DNA of 37,837 nt, from assembly GCF_001194135.2 (NCBI RefSeq), contig NC_068989.1, forward strand, positions 19,618,555 to 19,656,391, in the 5' to 3' direction. Shown one piece after another: positions 34,250-37,837 of the stretch. The first letter of the stretch is position 1; every line of letters begins with the position of its first letter. The notes under the pieces are model-generated. The model did no database searches, had not been told where the DNA came from, and saw only the letters and a list, made by a program, of their open reading frames with translations. A program made the translations under genes and the position numbers. This DNA comes from Octopus bimaculoides. Lineage: Eukaryota.

Positions 34250-35400
34250 CCCAACCTTATGGTTCCAGGTTAAGTCCCACTGCATGGCACCTTGGGCATG
34301 TGTCTTCTACTATAGCTTCAGGCTGACCAAAGCCTTGTGAGTGAATTTGGTAGACAGAAACTGAAAGTAGCTTGTCATGTATGTGTGTGTATATATATAT
34401 ATACAAGGTGTAGTCAAAAAGTAATATTAAAAAAACCCATCATTTTGATTTAGCTTCCTTCAAAGTATTTGCCTCGGGAGTCTACATACTTCTGCCAGCA
34501 TTCCTGCCATTGCTGGCAACGTTTCTGGAAATCAATTCTGGGGATACTATAAAGCTGTACCATTGAATTTTGCTTAATGCTTTCTGTTGACTCAAATCTT
34601 CTCTCTTTGAGTGTTTTTTTGAGCTTTGGGAATAGCCAAAAGTCACACAGAGCCAAGTCTGGGGAACAGGAAACCTGACGAACAAGTGGTGTGTTTTGCT
34701 TGACAAGGAATGCTTGGACAATTTGGGTGCAATGAGTGGGTGTGTTGTCATGGTGGAGTTACCAGTTCTTTGCTACCCACAGGTCGGGTCGTTTTTATAG
34801 ATGGTCTTCATAGACTATTCCTCGAACCTTTGCAATCGTTTTGCCATTTCTGCTAGTCAATGGTCTGCCACAACATGGCTCACTGTTCACTGACATCTTT
34901 AAACCAGTTGTACCACTCCTTTATTTGTGTTTTTTCCATAGCTTCATCTCCAAAGGCCTTCTGGATCTTCTCAATAGTCTGGGTTTGTGTGTCACCAAGA
35001 ATTTGACACCAAGAATTTGCTCAATGCGCTTAGTCATCTTGATTCAAAAAGAAAATTGCAGAGCACACTCTTCATGTCTGTACTCAATGTGTCACTGTGG
35101 GTGAATGGCACAACCTGCAGACACGAAAATTTTTGCACATGCTCAGGAAGGACGTGGCAACCCATGGAGATTTTGCACATGCATTATTATTTTGTGCAAA
35201 AAGAATCAAGGTGAGACACTTTTTGACTACACCTTGTATATCTGTGTATGTCTTTGTGTCTGTGTTTGTTACCCACCCACCGCCATCTAATAACCAGTGT
35301 TGGTGTGTTTATGTTCCTGTAGCATAGGGGTTTGGCAAAAAAGAGTGATAGAATAAGTATCAGGCTTAAAAAGAAAATAAGTATTGGGATACTCTCTTTA
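34250..35400 (+). mobile_element. SINE family A copy split by a mariner insertion
   Basis: 5' half at about 34250-34403 and 3' half at about 35237-35400. Confidence 0.78.
34404..35236 (-). mobile_element. Internally deleted mariner element (833 bp)
   Basis: TIRs caaggtgtagtcaaaaa / tttttgactacaccttg with TA on both sides. The minus strand encodes CDFWLFPKLKKTLKERRFES..WQECWQKYVDSRGKYFEG. Confidence 0.92.
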
Positions 35401-35637
35401 CTCTTTAGTCTTTCACTTGTTTCAGTCATTTGACTGCGGCCATGCTGGAGCACCGCCTTTAGTCGAGCAAATCGACCACAGGACTTATTCTTTGTAAGCC
35501 TAGTACTTATTCTATTGGTCTCTTTTTGCTGAACCGCTAAGTTACAGGGACGTAAACACACCAGCATCAGATATCAAGCGATGGTGGGGGGACAAACACA
35601 GACACACAAACATATACACACAAACACACATACATAA

Positions 35638-35722
<85 letters not shown>

Positions 35723-35882
35723 TACGACGGGCTTCTTTCAGTTTCCGTCTACCAAATCTACTCACAAGGCTTTGATCGGCCCGAGGTTATAGTAGAAGAC
35801 ACTTGCCCAAGGTGCCACGCAGTGGGAATGAACCCGGAACCATGTGGTTGGTAAGCAAGCTACTTACCACACAGCCACTCCT
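35400..35882 (-). mobile_element. SINE family A, young full-length copy
   Basis: Close reverse complement of 12711-13123 with an expanded central (TA)n. Confidence 0.92.
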
Positions 35883-36625
35883 AAGTCTATTGATATAATT
35901 TACTATAACTTTGAAAACAAAAAATATCCTAATATAAAAGATAAATCCTATAAAAGATAAAAGATAAAAAGATAAAAGATAAATCCTATTCTAGGAATAA
36001 CAGCCAAATCTTCAAGTCACATGCTACTGTTTTTCAAAAAATGAGGGACACATTCAATAAGATAGTCTTTAGATTTAGACACCAAAAAAATACCCCCCCC
36101 CCCCAAAAAAAAAATCAAAACAGAAATATCATGGTTGGAATGTTTTTGATCATTAGTCTGCTCAATTGGGAACTGATCTAGGGTTGAATAATAAAAACAA
36201 CTGTTAAAATGAGGCTAACCTAAAATAATCAAGTGTATGTGTAAGTCGTGTGTGTCTATTCATATATAAGTTATTTAATCTTGTGTGATGACTGAACAAG
36301 TAACTAGGATAAAATGACAACAGTGACGAACGACAAAGATAGCTTAATGAGTAGGTATGACTACAGAAATATTATATCAATAACTATCAACTGGACAACC
36401 CACCTTTAATGACCAGTTCTTAATTGTAATCTTAATTATCACTAAGAAAGATTAGGAGGGAATTTTACTAATACCTAAAGGAAAAAAAAACAAAAGCAAA
36501 CTATATACATATAAACATATAGCCTATGGTAGATAATACATAGCCTATAGTAAAAATGTGTGCATATATGTATGTCTATCTGTATGTATGTATGTATGTA
36601 TATCTGTCTGTCTACCTAAATTATA

Positions 36626-36670
<45 letters not shown>

Positions 36671-36887
36671 GTAAAATATATAGGGTGGTGAGTTTTTTTA
36701 GAAATTTCACTTCCAGTGGCCTAGCATATATAAAAAGTCAATAGGCAATATATTCTCAATATAAAATACTGTACATTTAAATACAAGAGAAAACTGCCTT
36801 CAACAGGCAGTTTTTACACGCTAGAAGTAGTCAAAACGACCAAACCCACATTTAAGAGCAATCTTCAAAATGTACACTATTTTATTT

Positions 36888-37027
36888 ACCAAATTCAATC
36901 ACAAAGCTTCGGTTGGCCTGGGGCTATAACAGAACACACTTGCCCAAGGTGCCACGCGGTGGGACTGAACCCGAAACCATGTAGCTGGGAAGTAAGCTTC
37001 CTAACCACACAGCCATGCCCGCACCCA
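36888..37027 (-). mobile_element. SINE family A 5' part
   Basis: Minus strand ggtgcgggcatggctgtgtggttaggaagcttacttccc..gggttcagtcccaccgcgtggcaccttggg. Confidence 0.85.
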
Positions 37028-37028
37028 C

Positions 37029-37070
<42 letters not shown>

Positions 37071-37174
37071 TTTAACCATGATCATGTGGACGATGTATGT
37101 ATGTATGTATGTATGTATCTACACACACACACACACACACACACTCACTTTCATTAACCATAACCTTTTGGTCT

Positions 37175-37470
37175 GAGGGTGCATGGTCTAATAGTTAGGG
37201 TGTTGCACTCATGATTATGAGTTCATGGTTTCATTTCCTAGACAGGGTGGTGCATTGTGTTCTTGAGCAAAACACTTCGGCTCATGTTTCTCTGTGATCA
37301 CTTCGACATCTGGTGTGTGGTACATCATGCACCTGTTTGGGCAATGTTGATTGAAGGAGGGAAGTGAGCTAATGTATAGCACATTCATTTGATCACTATA
37401 AACAGATCATTTATACAGGTCATTTGGCTAAAGCTGAACACTCATATGTCGTCTTTGACAAGAGAGTCCA
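37175..37470 (+). mobile_element. tRNA-derived SINE with the same head as 33817 and a different body
   Basis: gagggtgcaTGGTCTAATAGttagg..ggtttcatttcc..ttcttgagcaaaacactt. Confidence 0.65.
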
Positions 37471-37519
37471 TCATATATATATTTTCATTAACCATAACCA
37501 TGTGGTCTTTATATATATA

Positions 37520-37610
37520 CTAGCAGAAATACCCGGCGTTGCCCGGGTTAAAGAGAATAATGAAATCTAAAAACGCTGTCTAGACTACGCATCATCTTTA
37601 TATATAGAGA
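37520..37610 (-). mobile_element. 91-bp non-autonomous Helitron with intact termini
   Basis: Minus strand reads A|TCTCTATATATAAAG...CCCGG-GCAACG-CCGGG-tatttctg-CTAG|T: 5' TC, subterminal GC hairpin, 3' CTAG, inserted between A and T with no TSD. Confidence 0.88.
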
Positions 37611-37837
37611 TGTATATATACACACACGCACCCAAACACACGTATATATATGTATATCAATATAAATATATGAAAGTCAATGAAGTTTTGTAAAAGAAGG
37701 TGATCATGTACATACTTTCTTGCTGTTGTGATTATAACACCTCATTGTAAACTATGTTCCTTGTTTTCCCTTGTGGAGCATATACAAATAGGTTTTTTGT
37801 TGCTGCCCACTCTTGAGCAGCCAACATACAGTTGTCC

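Overview
AT-rich, repeat-dense animal genomic DNA with four assembly gaps (about 1615-1634, 16637-17135, 20830-21127, 27630-27730) and many (TA)n/(TG)n/(TATG)n microsatellites. The repeat families resemble, from memory and not from a search, those of octopus (coleoid cephalopod) genomes. I cannot identify any cellular protein-coding gene with confidence, and most ORFs in the track are microsatellite or N-run artefacts. Supportable content is a layered set of transposable elements: DD37D and DD34D Tc1/mariner relics, Tigger-, hAT- and piggyBac-like MITEs, a 91-bp Helitron with intact ends, RTE LINE fragments, the endonuclease end of a CRE-type retrotransposon, a decayed Penelope GIY-YIG endonuclease, and at least three tRNA-derived SINE families. 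The most interesting object is at 21961-22272 (minus strand). There a Pol III (tRNA-like) head is fused to a body carrying a complete minimal hammerhead ribozyme, with an inverted copy of its own tail at the 5' junction. It is a candidate ribozyme-bearing SINE mobilised by Penelope-like elements. Coordinates were read by eye, and element boundaries are approximate unless termini are quoted.
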